Shown: positions 12,169-25,559 of the stretch, piece after piece | Layout: each line of letters opens with the position of its first letter | Numbering within the stretch: position 1 is the stretch's first letter | Origin: Cetorhinus maximus | Lineage: Eukaryota | Direction of reading: 5' to 3' | DNA: 64,000 nt | Assembly (NCBI RefSeq): GCF_964194155.1 | Contig: NW_027596270.1 | Coordinates: 248,001-312,000 of the forward strand | Translations under genes and position numbers: made by a program | The notes under the pieces: generated by a model | The model's database searches: none | Told to the model about the DNA's origin: nothing | What the model saw: the letters and a program-made list of their open reading frames with translations, nothing else

Positions 12169-15100
12169 CACAGAATCACAGAATTTTAACAGCACAAAAG
12201 GAGGCCATCCGGCCTATCGTGTCTGCACCAGCTCTGCAAATGAGCATCATGGCCTAGTGCCATTGCCCTGCCTTTTCCCTGTACCCTTACACATTGTTTT
12301 GATCCAAATAACCATCTAATGCCTTCTTGAATGCCTCACTTGAACCTGGCTCCACCGCACTTCCAGACAGAGCATTCCAGACCCGAACCACTCGTTGTGT
12401 GAAAAAGATTTTTCTCCTGTCCCACTTGCTTCTTTTATAAATCACTTTAAATCTGTGCCCTCTCTTTCTTGATCTTTTTACGAGTGGGAACAGCTTCTCC
12501 CCATCTACCCTGTCCAGACCCTTCATGATTTTGAACATCTCTATCAAATCTTCTCTTAGCCTTCTTCTCTCCAAGGAGAACAGCCTTAACCTCTCCAATT
12601 TATCCCCATTGCTGAAGTTTCTCATCCCTGGGATTATTCTTGTAAACTCCTTCTGCACTCTCTCCAATATCTTCACATCCTTCCTATAATATGGTGCCCA
12701 GAACTGAACACAATATTCCAACTGAGGTCTGGTGAGTGTCTTATATAAATCCAGCATAACCTGCCTGCCCTTGTACTCTATGTCCCTATTAATAAAGCCC
12801 AGGGCACTATAAGCTTTACTAATTGCTCTCTCCACCTGTCCTGCCACCTTCAGTGATCTATACACATATACACCCAGGTCTTTCTGCTCCTATATCCCCA
12901 TGTTCTTCCTACCAAAATGCATCACCTCAAATTTCTCCGCATTGAACTTCATCTGCCATCTATCTGCCCACTCCACCAACTTGTCTGTCCTCTTGAAGTT
13001 CCACACCGTCCTCCTCGCAGTCCACAACACTCCCAACTTGCATATCGTCTGCAAACTTTGAAATTGTTCCCTGCACACCAAGATCTAGATCGTTAATATA
13101 TATCAGGAAAAGCAAGGGTCCCAATACCAGCCCCTGGGGAACTCCACTACAAACCTTCCTACAGCCTGAAAAATATCCATTGACCATTACTCTCTGCTTC
13201 CTAGTTTTCAACCAATTTTGTATCCACATTGCTACTGTCCCTTTTATTCCATGAGCAATAACTTTTCTCACAAGTCTGTTGTGTGACACTGTGTCAAATG
13301 CGTTTTGACAGTCCATATACACCACATCAACTGCATTACCCTCATTCACCTTTTCTGTTACCTCTTCGAGAAACTCCAGCAAGTTAGTTAAACTTTAGTA
13401 ATCCATGTTGATTCTCCCTTATCAACACATATTTTCCTATGTGACTATTAATTCTATCCCGAATAATTGTTTCTAGAATCTTGCCCACTACTGAAGTTAA
13501 ACTGACTGGTCTGTAATTGCTGGGCTTATCCTTGGAACCTTTTTTTGAACAAGGGCATAATGTTTACAATTTTTCAGTTCTCTAGCACCACCCCTGAGTT
13601 TAAGGAAGACTGAAAGACTATGGCCAGTGCCCATGAAATTTCTACTCTCACTTCTTTCAATATCCTTGGATGCATCTCATTTGGTCCCAGTACCTTGTCA
13701 AGTTTAAGTACCGATAGTCTATTCAACACTTCCTCCTTATCAACTTTGAACCCTTCAGAGTCTGTCACCATGGCCTGGGTAGCATCTACCTCCTTGGTAA
13801 AGACGGATGCAAAGTATTCATTTAATACCTCAGCCATGACCCCTTTGTCCATGCGTAAATTCCCTTTTCAGTCCCCAATCAGCCATACTCCTCTTTTTAC
13901 CAACCTTTTACTATTTATATGCCTGTAGAAGACTTTGGGATTCCCCTTTATGTTGGCTGCCAGTCTCTTCTCATAATCCCTCTTCGCTTCTCTCATGTGC
14001 TTTTTCACCTCCCCTCTGAACCTTTTGCATTCGACTTGGTTCTCAATTGTATTTTCTACCTGTCACCTGTCATAAGTGCACTTTTTCTTTTTATCTTAAT
14101 TTCAATCTCCTTTTTCATCCAGAGAGCTCTGGATTTGTCAGCCCCACCTTTCCCTTTAGATGGTATATAGATTCATGGACGTTTACAGCACAGAAGGAGG
14201 CCATTCAGCCCATCGTGTCTGAGCTGGTCAACAAAGATCTAACTACACTAATCCCATTTTCCAGCACTTGACCCATAGCCCTGGAGGCTATGGCAACTCA
14301 GGTGAATATCTAAATACTTGACTGTGCCCGACCCAATTCATTTTTTAAAGGTAGCCCATTGTTCAGCTACAGTTTTTCCTGCCAATCTTTTGTTCCAGTC
14401 TACCTGGCCCAGCTCCATTCTTGCTCCATTGAAGTCGGCTCTTGTCCAGTTAATTATTCTTACTCTGGATTGCCTATCGTGCTTTTCTCATCGTCATCCT
14501 AAAACATGCAATACAATAATCACTGTCTCCTAAATGTTCCCCCACTGACACTTGATCTACTTGGCCAACCTAATTTCCAAGAACCAGGTCCAACAGTGGA
14601 TTAGACACATACTTCTGGAGAAAATTCTCCTGAACACAATTTAGGAACCTTTGTCCCTCTCCGCCCTTTACACTACCAGTGTCCCTATCTATATTCGGGT
14701 AATTAAAGTCCCCCATTATAACTACTCTATAATGCCTGCATTTCTCTGTAATTTCCATGAGATTTGTTCCTCTACATCCTTCCCACTAGTTGGCGGTCTA
14801 TAGGCTACACCAAGCAATGTAATTGCACCCTTTTTGCTCCTTAACCTTAGCCAAATTGATTCTGTCCTTGAACCCCCTGGGACATCCTCTTTCTCCAGCA
14901 CTGCAATGGTCTCCTTAACCAATACCACCACCCCTCATCCTTTCCTTCCTTTCCTGTCTCTTCTGAACACCTTGTACTCGGGAATATTTAACACCCAGTT
15001 CTGCCCTTCCTTGAGCCAGGTCTGTTATTGCCACAACATCACATTTCCACATGGCAGTCTGCACCTGTAACTCCCCAATCTTATTTACTATTCTCTGTGC

Positions 15101-15720
15101 ATTCACATGCATGCATAATAACCCTGATTTGGCTTTTGTTACTTTCTCCCTTGCCCCGACTTTACCTATTAACTTACTCTTTTCTAAACTAGTACTCTCT
15201 GTCCCTCCCAGTATTTTGTGCACCCTGGTATTCCTCTCTAATATTTTCTCTTGATTCCTACACTCCTGCTGAGCTAGTTTGAAGCCCTCCCAACAGCACT
15301 AGCAAAATGCCCTGCAAGGAGCTCAGTCCCGGCTCTGTTCAGGTGCAACCCATCTGGCTTCTACAGGTGCCAACTCTCCCAGAGCCTGTCCCAGGAATCT
15401 AAAGCCCTCCCTCCGGCACCACTTTTCCAGCCATGCATTCATCTGCCTTACCCTCCTACTTCTGTAATCACTAGCACATGGCTCTGGGAGTAATCCGGAG
15501 GTTACTACAGCTGAGGCCCTGCTTGTTAATTTTCTACTTAGCTCCCTAAATTCTGATTGCAGGACTAAATCCCCCTTCCTCCCTAAGTCATTGGTACCAA
15601 TGTGGACCACGACCTCTGGCTGATCACCCTCCCCCAAAAGAATGTCCTGCAGCCGCTCTGTGACATCCTTGACCCTGGCACCAGGGAGGCAACATACCAT
15701 CCTGGAGTCACTTCTACGGC
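12169..15720 (-). mobile_element. Long degenerate CR1 LINE (esterase-type ORF1, AP endonuclease, RT) inserted in the ZF1 3' UTR
   Basis: CCLPGARVKDV/HIGTND esterase, YRPP and MGDFNYP endonuclease, GVPQG/FADD RT, 3' tail at 12169. Confidence 0.9.
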
Positions 15721-15729
15721 CACACAAAC

Positions 15730-15985
15730 ACCTGCCTGTTCCCCTAACTTGCATCTTTCTCCAGTTTCTCTCCTATCTTCTATCTCACTCAGAGCTCATC
15801 TTGCCTCTGAGACGTGCCTTCTGCTTCCTTGACACTATTCTCACTAAACTGCTGACCATCCAACTTCCAAATTTTAGACGACATCCTTAACGGTTCTCTC
15901 TCTCTTTTGGTACTGTCCCTCTCACCTTTAAATCCACTGTTGTCTCCCATCATTAAAAAAACCTTCGACCCCACCGTCCTCGCCC
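15730..15985 (+). mobile_element. L2-type LINE fragment
   Basis: Similar to the L2 fragments at 35170-35380 and 42660-42860. Confidence 0.55.
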
Positions 15986-16149
15986 TCTCTTTTTGCTGAC
16001 TTTGCACTTGCTGGTAAACTGTGAGATCTTTAATTTTTTTCAAGTTTGGATAAAAGGTTACCGACATGAAGCATTCACTCTGTTTCCTTCTCCATAGATG
16101 TTGTTTGACCTGCTGAGGTTGTCCAATAGTTTGTTTTGTGGTTGTGCGA

Positions 16150-16445
16150 ACATACAAATTAGGAGCAGGAATAGGCCACTCGGCCCCTCGAGCCTGCTCT
16201 GCCATTCAATGAGATCATGGCTCATCTGATTGTAACCTCATTCCCGTCTACACCCGATAACCTTTCGCCCCCCCCCTTGCTTATCAAGAACCTATCCAGC
16301 TCTGCCTTAAAAAGATTCGAAGACTCCCCACTGCCTTTTGAGGAAGAGAGTTGCAAAGACTCATGACCCTCTGCGAGAAAAAAAACTCATCTCTGTCTTA
16401 AATGGGCCACCCCTTATTTTTAAACAGTGACCCCCTAGTTCTAGG
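16150..16445 (-). mobile_element. CR1 3' end
   Basis: TAGGAGCAGGAATAGGCCA...GAGATCATGGCT tail. Confidence 0.8.
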
Positions 16446-16595
16446 TCAGATTTCCACCTAGAGTATTACAGTATTTTGTTTTTGGGTCAGAGTGGATCAG
16501 TTTTTTCTGGAATGAGACAACAGTAACTGTCACCCTGTTCGACATGAAACTAAACTCACTGTTAATGCCTCATCAGTAACAATGTTAAACACAAA

Positions 16596-16666
16596 GTTTT
16601 CAGCCAGGATTGAACCGGGGACTTTCTCATATAAAGTAAACGTGATAATCACTGCACTGGGGAAAT
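16596..16666 (-). pseudogene. tRNA-Val-derived pseudogene
   Basis: Reverse complement ATTTCCCCAGTGCAGTGATTATCACGTTTACTTTATATGAGAAAGTCCCCGGTTCAATCCTGGCTGAAAAC aligns along its length with vertebrate tRNA-Val (GTTTCCGTAGTGTAGTGGTTATCACGTT...GTCCCCGGTTCGAA); anticodon arm decayed. Confidence 0.75.
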
Positions 16667-16779
16667 GAGTGTGAATCCCCCCCGGACAAAGGGGAACTGA
16701 CCATCCATCTCTAGCTCTAATTCCCAAACAGAAAATGCTGCCAAGAATCAGCAAGTCAGGCTGAGTCTGTGGCCGCTCT

Positions 16780-17130
16780 CAGCGTTTGAAATCGTCACAA
16801 TGCCCGGGTGATTGACGGCAGCTCCGGACCAATAGGGAAAGGGAGGGGGAACTGGAGGAACCTACAGGAGTGGCTGGTCCTCCAACCAATCGAAATGAAT
16901 GAGGGGCGGGGGCGGGCAGTGACTGAAGCATGCGCAGTGCGGGTAATGGCGATGGGCAGACGGGTCCACAATGGATAAAGGTGGGGATGGCGGGGCGGAG
17001 GGAGCGATGGATCCGGCGGGTGGACGGAGAGGCTCCGGAAACATGTTGTGTAAACCGCAAACCCCGGAAATAAACTGACCGGTTCCCCCCTCCCCCGTTT
17101 GCACCGAGCGGGGCCGCAGCTCCCAGATCA
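16780..17130 (+). promoter_or_regulatory. CpG-rich promoter / first exon of ZF2
   Basis: Two CCAAT boxes (near 16829 and 16886), GGGGCGGGGGCGGG, GCATGCGCAGT near 16928, CCGGAA motifs. Confidence 0.75.
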
Positions 17131-17169
17131 ATGAAGAGCCAGTTTGTATCAGGCAGGACATTGGTTCTT

Positions 17170-17640
17170 TTATTCATTCACGGGATGTGGGCTTCACTGG
17201 CTGGGGCAGCATTTACTGCCCATCCCTAGTTGCCCTTGAGAAGGTGGTGGTGAGCTGCCTTCTTGAACCGCTGCAGTCCATGTGGTGTAGGTACAGCCAC
17301 AGTGATGTAAGGAAGTTGACCCAGTGACAGTGAAGGAACGGGATATATTTCCAAGTCAGGAAGGTGAGTGATTTGGAGGGGAACTTCCAGGTGGCGGTGT
17401 TCCCATCCAACTGCTGCCCTTGTCCTTCTAGATGGTAGTAGTCGTGGGTTTGGAAAATGCTATCGAAGGAGCCTCGGTGGATTCCTGCAGTGCATCTTAT
17501 AGATGGTACGCACAGCTGCTACTGTTCGTCGGTGGTGGAGGGAGTGAAGGTTTGTGGATGGGGTGCCAATCAAGAGGGCTGCTTTGTCCTGGATGGTGTC
17601 AAGCTTCTTGAGTTTTGTTGGAACTGCACTCATCCAGGCA
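17170..17640 (-). mobile_element. LINE family A 3' end in the ZF2 intron
   Basis: Closely similar to 196-670; KKLDTIQDKAA. Confidence 0.85.
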
Positions 17641-18678
17641 TCCTTTGCTCCCTCGGCTTGACACATTTATTTGTCTGGCTAAAAGGATGGCCTCTTTCCT
17701 CATGTTCACAATTAAAGTGGTGGATTCCCCAGGAGATGGCTGACATTTAAGGGGACAGTAAAGTAATATAGGACAGAGATATGCCTGGTGTTTTTATATG
17801 ATATATATTAGATATGTTATTTATGATTCTGTCATAAAGTTAATTTATTATTATTTCTAGTCTTGTAACATAGCACTGTGCTATGTTATATATTCAGAGT
17901 CAGTCATTATGGCACAGAAGGAGTCCATTCAGTAATTCAAATCCAAGCTGATTCTCTGTAGAGTAACCCAGTCAGTCCTATTTCCCTTCTATATCCCCGT
18001 TCCCCTGCAAGTTTATTTCCTTCAAGTGCACACCCAGTTTCATTTTCATATCATTGACCATCTCCACTTCCACCACACAGTGAGTTCCATGTCCAGCAGC
18101 CTGCCTGAACATTTTCAGGTCTCTGTGTCCTGGACAGGAAGCGATGGGCATGGATCTGTTAGGTCAGCAGATTGAGATTGGATGGAGAATATGTGGGATC
18201 GAGATTGACAGTCTTTGGGGAATGAAAGAGGAAAGAATGTTCCATAGAAAGTAGACTTGTGTGTTCTGAATTTCTATCCTGTACTGACAGTGATGACTTT
18301 GAGAAACTAACTCCATTTACAGGATATTAGAAATGGAGGATGTAAAGACAGAAATCGCAAACCAAACATTACATCCAGACCTGACTTGATTTATGGGAGC
18401 TCAATATCATCAGTCTTTGAACTAGAAAGAGAAATGTTTGTTCTGTCTGCTTCAACAGATTTTAAAAGTCACTGTGTCTGGAAAATCACCAAGAAGCTCG
18501 CGTACACACACACGTGAGAGAGTTCCAATGCACTGACTTTGGAGAAAACTTTAACCAGATGCACAGACTGAAGAAACATTGCACCATTCACAGCTGGGAG
18601 AGACCGAACACGTGTACTGTTTGTGGATGAGGCTTCAGTTAAACATCTTACCTCAAGGAATGCAAGGACACCCGAACC

Positions 18679-19437
18679 ATGGAGAAACCATGCAAATGTG
18701 GGGAATGTGGGAAGGGATTCCGGTCCCCATCTGCGCTGGAATCTCATCGCCGCATTCACACTGGGGAGAGGCCGTTCACCTGCTCTGATTGTGGAAAGGG
18801 ATTCACTCAGTTATCCCACCTGCAGATACACCAGCGACTTCACACCGGGGAGAGGCCGTTCACCTGCTCTGATTGTGGGAAGGGATTCACTAACTCTTCC
18901 AATCTGCGGACACACCAGCGAGTTCACACGGGGGAGAGACCGTTCACCTGCTCCAAATGTGGGAAAGGTTTCAGTGATTCATCCAGCCTGCTGATACACC
19001 AGCGAGTTCATACTGGGGACAAATTATTCAACTGCTCTGTATGTGGGAAGCAATTCAGCCGATTATGCAACCTTCTGCGACACCAGCGAGCTCACACTGG
19101 GGAGAGGCCATTCACCTGCTCTGAGTGTGGGAAGGGATTTGCTGATCCATCCATCTTGCGGAAGCACCGGCGAGTTCACACGGGGGAGAGGCCATTCAGC
19201 TGCTCCATGTGTGGGAAGGGTTTCACTCAGTTAACCAACCTGCTCACACACCAGCGAGTTCACACTGGGGAGAGGCCTTTCATCTGCTGTGAGTGTGGGA
19301 AGGGATTCAGTGATTCATCCACCCTACTGCGACACCAGGGTGTTCACACTGGGGAGAGGCCGTTCACCTGCTCCATGTGTGGGAAACGATTCACTCGGTC
19401 ATCTCACCTGCTGAGACACCAGCGAGTTCACCAGTGA
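18679..19437 (+). CDS. ZF2: tandem C2H2 zinc-finger protein, 9 fingers, 252 aa
   Basis: Intact ORF with ACCATGG start; acceptor AG at 18321-18322; decayed fingers in the leader. Confidence 0.93.
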   Translation: MEKPCKCGECGKGFRSPSALESHRRIHTGERPFTCSDCGKGFTQLSHLQIHQRLHTGERPFTCSDCGKGFTNSSNLRTHQRVHTGERPFTCSKCGKGFSDSSSLLIHQRVHTGDKLFNCSVCGKQFSRLCNLLRHQRAHTGERPFTCSECGKGFADPSILRKHRRVHTGERPFSCSMCGKGFTQLTNLLTHQRVHTGERPFICCECGKGFSDSSTLLRHQGVHTGERPFTCSMCGKRFTRSSHLLRHQRVHQ

Positions 19438-19639
19438 TTACAGGGGTTGGATTCTGCTGTGATTGCTGCTGTCAATCACATTCAAGACTGAACCATGTTC
19501 ATTCTGACAGTTGGTGAAGTGGGAAGGTCAAAGGGTTTCTTTCTGCTGTACTGGCCAGTCTTACAACTTTGTTTCCAGTGGTCTGGGAGTGCACATTTCC
19601 ACTGAAATGTTCCACAGAAGCTGATGAAGGTCATTTATT

Positions 19640-19900
19640 GCTGCAAAAAGAGACATGCTCTTGAAGTTTTCATATTGCACTTATCAGGACAAACACAAGA
19701 ACACCAAATTTCAAAGGGAGCAACTATTTATACTGCGTGAGAAAAGGGTGCTGATTAGTTGGCAAGTCAGTTGCGATTGGTCAAGTTGTTGCCATGGAGA
19801 ATTCACCAGAAAGCTCGTGACCTCAGCATTTAGTTGGATTCAAAAATGTTGCAATGCCTGGACATGTCCATTTTGGCTTCAGAGTATCAGAGCTTTATGA
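19640..19900 (-). mobile_element. Penelope family-2 terminal repeat fragment
   Basis: Homologous to 5680-5900. Confidence 0.65.
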
Positions 19901-19935
19901 TGGTCCAATGTCACTTCCCTGCTTTTTTACTCAAT

Positions 19936-21242
19936 GACCTGGATTTTCAGAGTCAGAAAAACTCACCTACCTTCAAAAATTGTGGGTGGGACCCGGATGC
20001 GGAAGTCCCACTCCCATTTTTCACAGATCCAATTTTTGCCAGTAGGGGACAGGGGCAGTGCTTGATTCACACCCAAGTTGAACCTGAACTCAGCAGAGCC
20101 ATCTGAACTCAGCACTGAGTTCAAACAGGCACCATTTTGCCTTCTGCAAGGGAGTTAACTCATATTGTGAAAGTCATGACTTTATGGAGTAGACGTAAAG
20201 ACTCTTGTTGGGTGGATAGGGTCTGTTTAACTGTCATGATCGAAAGTCTTTTTTAAATCCCCTGCTCTCCTGACTTCGTCTGCAGCTGTCAGTGTAAGTG
20301 AAAAAAATAGTTGGCTATACAATGTAGCATCAGTCCCAGCAGTTTCAGTAATTGCTGGCATTTCCCTAAGGGCTATTTATGAATGCTTGGCTGACTTCCA
20401 AAACCTACAGTCATCTCAGCAGCTGTTCTGAGTCCACACTTTGACAACTTAAAGAGACCATTAAGGGTTTAGCTGCCTTTGAAGTGGTATGGACAGAAGT
20501 ATGTTGGTTTTTATATGAGATTAAACAAAAGTTTTGAATAAGGTTTCAAGAATGGGAGTTTTGTTTAATTTTAGATTTTTAGAACTTTATTTTATTTAAT
20601 CTCAACCTGGCTCCTGGGGTCTGCCCATGGTGAATAATGTGAGTTGGGATGTAGGGTAAAAGGGGCTATGGGGGGTCCGTGCCATGGCAAGAGTTGGCAT
20701 GAGCTGGCATGGAGTGTATAAGGGGCTATGGGGGGTCTGTGCCATGGCAAGAGTTGGCATGAGCTGGCATGGAGTGTATAAGGGCCTTGGGGTCAGGAGG
20801 GGGCTTGCAATTGGCTCACTTGCAATTAGTGAGGAGGAATTGTGTTGGGTTGCTGCCCCTGGTGGGTGGGCAATTATTCCAAATAATCATGTCTATTAAT
20901 TTATTTTTAAAACATTCTCTTGGCATGTGGGTGCCACTGGTGAGGACCAGAGATTCCAAAAGTTAACAATGCAACTGGGATCAAGCCCAGAGAATGGAGG
21001 CAGGCCTTTTAACCAGCTCACCTCAGTGCTCGGGCATCCTGTTAACCGCCTAAGCTCCGATTCCGGTGGCACAGCAACCAACTCCATCCATAACCGCCAC
21101 CTCAAAGCACCACCCGCCCCCCCCCCTCCCCCTGCCCCCGAGTGAAGATCACAACATTTGGGAACCTTTAGACCGAGGCAGGTCCGGCAATTGGGAAATT
21201 TCCAGATCCAAGCTATCCACCTCGGTACCGAAGATCCAACCC
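19936..21242. mobile_element. Probable non-autonomous DNA transposon with short TIRs
   Basis: Ends GACCTGGATTTTC and GAAGATCCAACCC, same TIR type as 51021-52597. Confidence 0.45.
20661..20784. repeat. 60-bp tandem duplication (2 copies)
   Basis: AGGGGCTATGGGGGGTC...GGAGTGTATA repeated with one mismatch. Confidence 0.9.
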
Positions 21243-21914
21243 AAGCTCTCTATTTCTGAAGCTCAAGATCCCCCATGCTTTGCTAATTCCTCTCTCACTG
21301 TGTCCTGCCACCTTCAAAGATCTCTGCACATGAACCCCCAGGTCCCTCTGTCCCTGCTCACTCTTTGGAACTGTGCCATTACGCCTGTGTTGCCTCTACC
21401 TGTCCCTTCTGCCAAATTACATCACCTCAACTTTCCCTGTATTAAACTCCATCTGCCACTTCAGAGAATGTGAAGGGGAGATTGAAGTGTTAAACTAAAC
21501 ATACAGAGAATAGGAGGCACTGATTGCTTTAATATGTCACCCACAACTGAAGATCCTTTAAATGCACATGAGGCTCATAGAGCACAGTAGGAGGCAATTG
21601 GAGGCTCTTTGAAAGAGTTTTCCAATTAATCCCATTGCCCTGCAATTTTTTTTTTCTTTCAAGAATCTGTCCAGTTCCCTTTTGAACGATACAGTTGAAT
21701 TTACTTCCAGTCGGTTTTGAGGCAGTGGATTCCAAATCGTAACAACTCGCTGTGTTTTTAAAACAAATAATTCCTCATCTTGCGTGTGGTGTATTTGGAT
21801 TTTCAAAAAGCATTCGGAAAGGTGTCAACCAGGAGGTTCATACACAAAATGAGGTCTCAATCCTCATGAATGATCGAGATGAGGGACTGAGTGTAATGTA
21901 TCCAAATTTGCTGA

Positions 21915-22140
21915 CAATTAAACAAGGATTTGCATTTCTATAGCGCCTTTCACAACCACAGGATGTTTCAAAGCGTTTTACAGCCACTTTTGAAATGTAG
22001 TCACTGGTGTAATGTAGGAAACTCAGCAGCCAATTTGCACACAGCAAGATCCCACAAACAGAAATGTGATAATGACCCAAATGATATGTTTGTGGTTATG
22101 TTGATTGAAGGATAAATATTGGCCCAAGACACCAGGAATC
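21915..22140 (-). mobile_element. Deu-domain SINE 3' half
   Basis: GCAGCCAATTTGCACACAGCAAGATCCCACAAACAG; homologous to 27700-27910. Confidence 0.7.
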
Positions 22141-22554
22141 AAGGCCCGGGAGAGTGGGGTTCAGACAGTACCAAACAGCAGGACCTGGGATGTTGTGGGT
22201 GGGGGAGGTGAGTAGGTGTGGGCCGGGCTCGTTGTTTCAAACAGTTTTGCATCGTCCTCACTGAGCAGCTAGAGCTACAGACCTGACAGACCAGCTTAAA
22301 AAACAGATCTGTCAGGCTGAGCGTTCTGATATTTTCTAAGTCAGTCTGTCAGTGTCAGGTCAATTTCACGAGTCGCTGCTGCTGCCTCTGACCTTCAGGC
22401 AGCTTTGCAATTCCAATTTTTTTGAAAAGCCCGCCAGGAAACCACAAAGCTGCCCGAAGGTGAGAAGCAACAGCAGCAGAAACTGAGAGTTTTCCTGCTT
22501 GAGAAATAGTCAGTCAAATCCCTGTAATTTTACAACCAATTGGATGCTGTTGTG

Positions 22555-22940
22555 GGTAGGTGGTGGGGGGGAGGGGTGGGTGGGGGGGAAGGAGGGGTGG
22601 GGGGAAGGGAGGGTGGGGGGAAGGGAGGGGGCATGTTTAGAGGGGGTTGGGGGAAGTTTGGAGGGGGTTTGGGGGATGTGGGAGGGAGTTTGGGGGATGT
22701 GGGGGTAGGTTGAAGGGGTGGTTGGGGGTAGGTTTTGAGAGGGGTTGTGGGGAAGTTTGGGGGTTGGGGAAAGTTCGGAGGGGGTTTGAGGGGTAGGTCA
22801 AGGTTTGGAGGGAAGTTGGAGGGATTTGGGGAAGTTTGGAAGGGGTTGGGGGAAATTTGGAGGGAGGTCGGGGAAGTTTGGTGGAGAAGGGGGGATGGTT
22901 GGAAGGACGTTCAGGGGAGCTAGAGGGGTTTTGGGGGTAG
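22555..22940 (+). repeat. G-rich low-complexity tract
   Basis: Dense GGGG/GGGA runs and GGGGAAGTTTGG-like units. Confidence 0.85.
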
Positions 22941-23809
22941 ATTAGGTACAGATCTGAATTGTTTTTGTAAATGTAGTGATTCCTTTGTAGCCACTTTGCT
23001 AACATCAGTTGATTGCTCGGTGATTAATTATCTTTAAATAATCAGCATTGGGCCTCCACTTTCACCATTGCTACTGTCACTCTGCCCACTGCATGCAGGT
23101 ATAATGAAAGAAAGACAAAACCTACATTTATACAGCACCTTTCACAATGCCCCGAATCACTTTCCAGCCAATTCAGCACTTTTGAGTTGTAGTCATTGGT
23201 GAAATGTAGAGGATGTTATCTAATGGTGGAGCAGGCTCATGGGGGTGAATGACCTACTCCTGCTCCTAATACATATGTGTGTATGGAGATAGATGTGATG
23301 AACAGTACTCGATGGCCTTTGTCATCTATAATTATCGTGCGAACAGAGGGTGTAATCCTGGCTGGAGTTCTGTTTATTTCGTTGCTGGTGAAAGTTTACT
23401 GTGAGCAGGATTTGTGGGATGAGATCACCAGGACAGGAGTGCAGATTGAGCTCAGTGTGAATCAGTAACCTGTTTTACTATACATAATTCACAAGAGTCT
23501 TTTCCATATACTTCAATATTGTCCTTTTGTCCAGTTACCTGTTATCTCGCTCCATCTTGCTGTTTTTTCTGAGTTTTTTGAGGTTAGAAATATCGTGATA
23601 AAGTTATGTTGCGTTGCAGATATTGAAAATATATTGTGGTGAGAAGCAGCAATCAGCAGAGTCTTCGGACTTGCTGATGACCAAACAGATACAACTGTGA
23701 GCCATTCAGTCTTCGTTCTCTGGCCCCTTAAAAGGTCTGTTGCACGGAGAAGCCTGAGAGCCTGGAAACAGGAAAAGCACTGGGGCCCAGGATTTCTCTC
23801 CCAGTCCCT

Positions 23810-24058
23810 GCTGGAGATAACTCTCCTGCCCTTCTTCGAAATAGTGGCTGTGGGTTCTTCTACACCCACCTGAGAGGGCAGACAGGGCCTTGGTGTATTG
23901 CTCGACTGAAGGACAGCGGCTCTGACAGTGCGGCACTCTCTCAGTGTTGGCACCAGGAATGTCGATTTTGATTTTTGTTCTTGGGCCCCTGGATTGGGAC
24001 TGGAACCAATAACCTTCTGACTCAGAAGTAAGAGTGAGATCCACTGAGCCACAGCTGA
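23810..24058 (-). mobile_element. tRNA-headed Deu-domain SINE 5' half (SacSINE1-like)
   Basis: Minus strand GTGGCTCAGTGG A-box and GGTTCCAGTCC B-box-like motif followed by a Deu-type core. Confidence 0.7.
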
Positions 24059-24342
24059 CACGATAGACAATACAAATTTAGAAAGGGAAAGTTACCCTTT
24101 AAAAGCCCCCACCCTTTGCCTCCAGCACCTAAATCTAATAATAAAAACCCTAGTATAAAAAACACATACAGGACTGACAAATGTTACAGTGTTGGTTTAG
24201 AGCCAAAGTTTTGAGTTCCCATTTGAGTTCCTACGCCTTTCTGTCTCTCTATTGCGCATGTGAATGACAGCCAGGCGATGGAGCTGAAGGCTCAATGTAG
24301 CTGAGAATAACAGGGTTTGTGGCCCAGTTAGGAAACTGCCAC

Positions 24343-24380
24343 GGACGTCGCACTAATAGAGGGACGTCGCACTAATAGAG
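24343..24380. repeat. 19-bp perfect tandem duplication
   Basis: GGACGTCGCACTAATAGAG x2. Confidence 0.85.
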
Positions 24381-24779
24381 GGAGACAGGAAGGTGCCGGA
24401 GGACTGACTGGGAAATGGGTCTCCAGCCAATCAGGGAGGGAGTGATGGTGGTGTGACCTCCCCGGGGTTCAATGCTCCTGTGTCCAAAGTGGGGAGTCAT
24501 GAGGACAGGGTACAGAGGAGCCAAAAAGAAACCATTTGGATCCAGAACATTGTTAAAACATCCTTTTACTCTGGTTGTCTTTGATCCTCAAGTAATTTTC
24601 TGGTTTTTTTAAACCATGTTCTGTTACATTAATAAATTTTATCAGTAAAAATATTTGATTTTGCTGGACTTTTGATTAGATTTATGCACTTTAGGGAAAG
24701 TGGGTGAAAGGAATTGGCAGGCTGTTTTAACAGAAAGTGAGTCCCTCTAAGGTAATTGGCAAAGGATCCAGAAGGTGAG

Positions 24780-25095
24780 ATGATGGTGGGGGAGTCCAGA
24801 ACCAGGGGTCACAGTCTGAGGATATGGGGTAGACCATTTAGGACTGAGATGAAGAGAAATTTCTTCACCCAAAGAGTGGTGAGCCTGTGGAATTCGTTAC
24901 CACGGAAAGTAGTTGAGACCAAAGCATTGTATGTTTTCAAGGAGTTAGATATAGCTCTTGGGGTGAAAGGGGTCAAAGGGTATGGGGAAAAAGCAGGAGC
25001 AGGCTATTGAGTTGGATGATCAGCCATGATCATAATGAATGGCGGAGCAGGCTCGAAGGGCCCAATGGCCTACTCCTGCTCCTAGTTTCTATGTA
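24780..25095 (+). mobile_element. CR1 3' end
   Basis: SRTRGHSL...FFTQRVVSLWNSLP and tail. Confidence 0.85.
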
Positions 25096-25559
25096 AATTT
25101 TATTTTTTTCACACAGCGAGTTGTTCTGATCTGCCTGAAAGCAGATTCGATTATTTATTTCCAAGGTGTAAATATTTGAAAGGGAAGAATTTGCAGGGCT
25201 GTAGGGAAAGAGGAGAGCAGTTGGATGAATCAGAAATTCCTTTCAAAGAGATGGCACGGGCATGATGGGCCAAATGGACTCCTTCTGCAGCCTGTGAATC
25301 TGAGCTTCCTGTCTTTGTGAAGGTTAAAAGGGTCAAATTTCATTTCAGCCTCTTCCTGGTATATATATTTAAAGAGGCAAGTTTCTCTTTAGTTCTGAGG
25401 GACCGACATAACAATGTCTCCAATCCTCTAAATATTTAAACATTGAAGATTGCATGGCCAATTGTAGTCAACAGCCTTCCTATAGCTCTCTCAGGAGGCA
25501 GCAAGAAAGCATTTTGACTGCTTGACAACAGCAACCTCCGCTGAACATGATTAAACCAC

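Noticed and set aside
24240-24480. Promoter-like patch (TTGCGCATG, CCAAT, 19-bp duplication)
   Set aside because: Weak CpG content and no associated exon or gene identified
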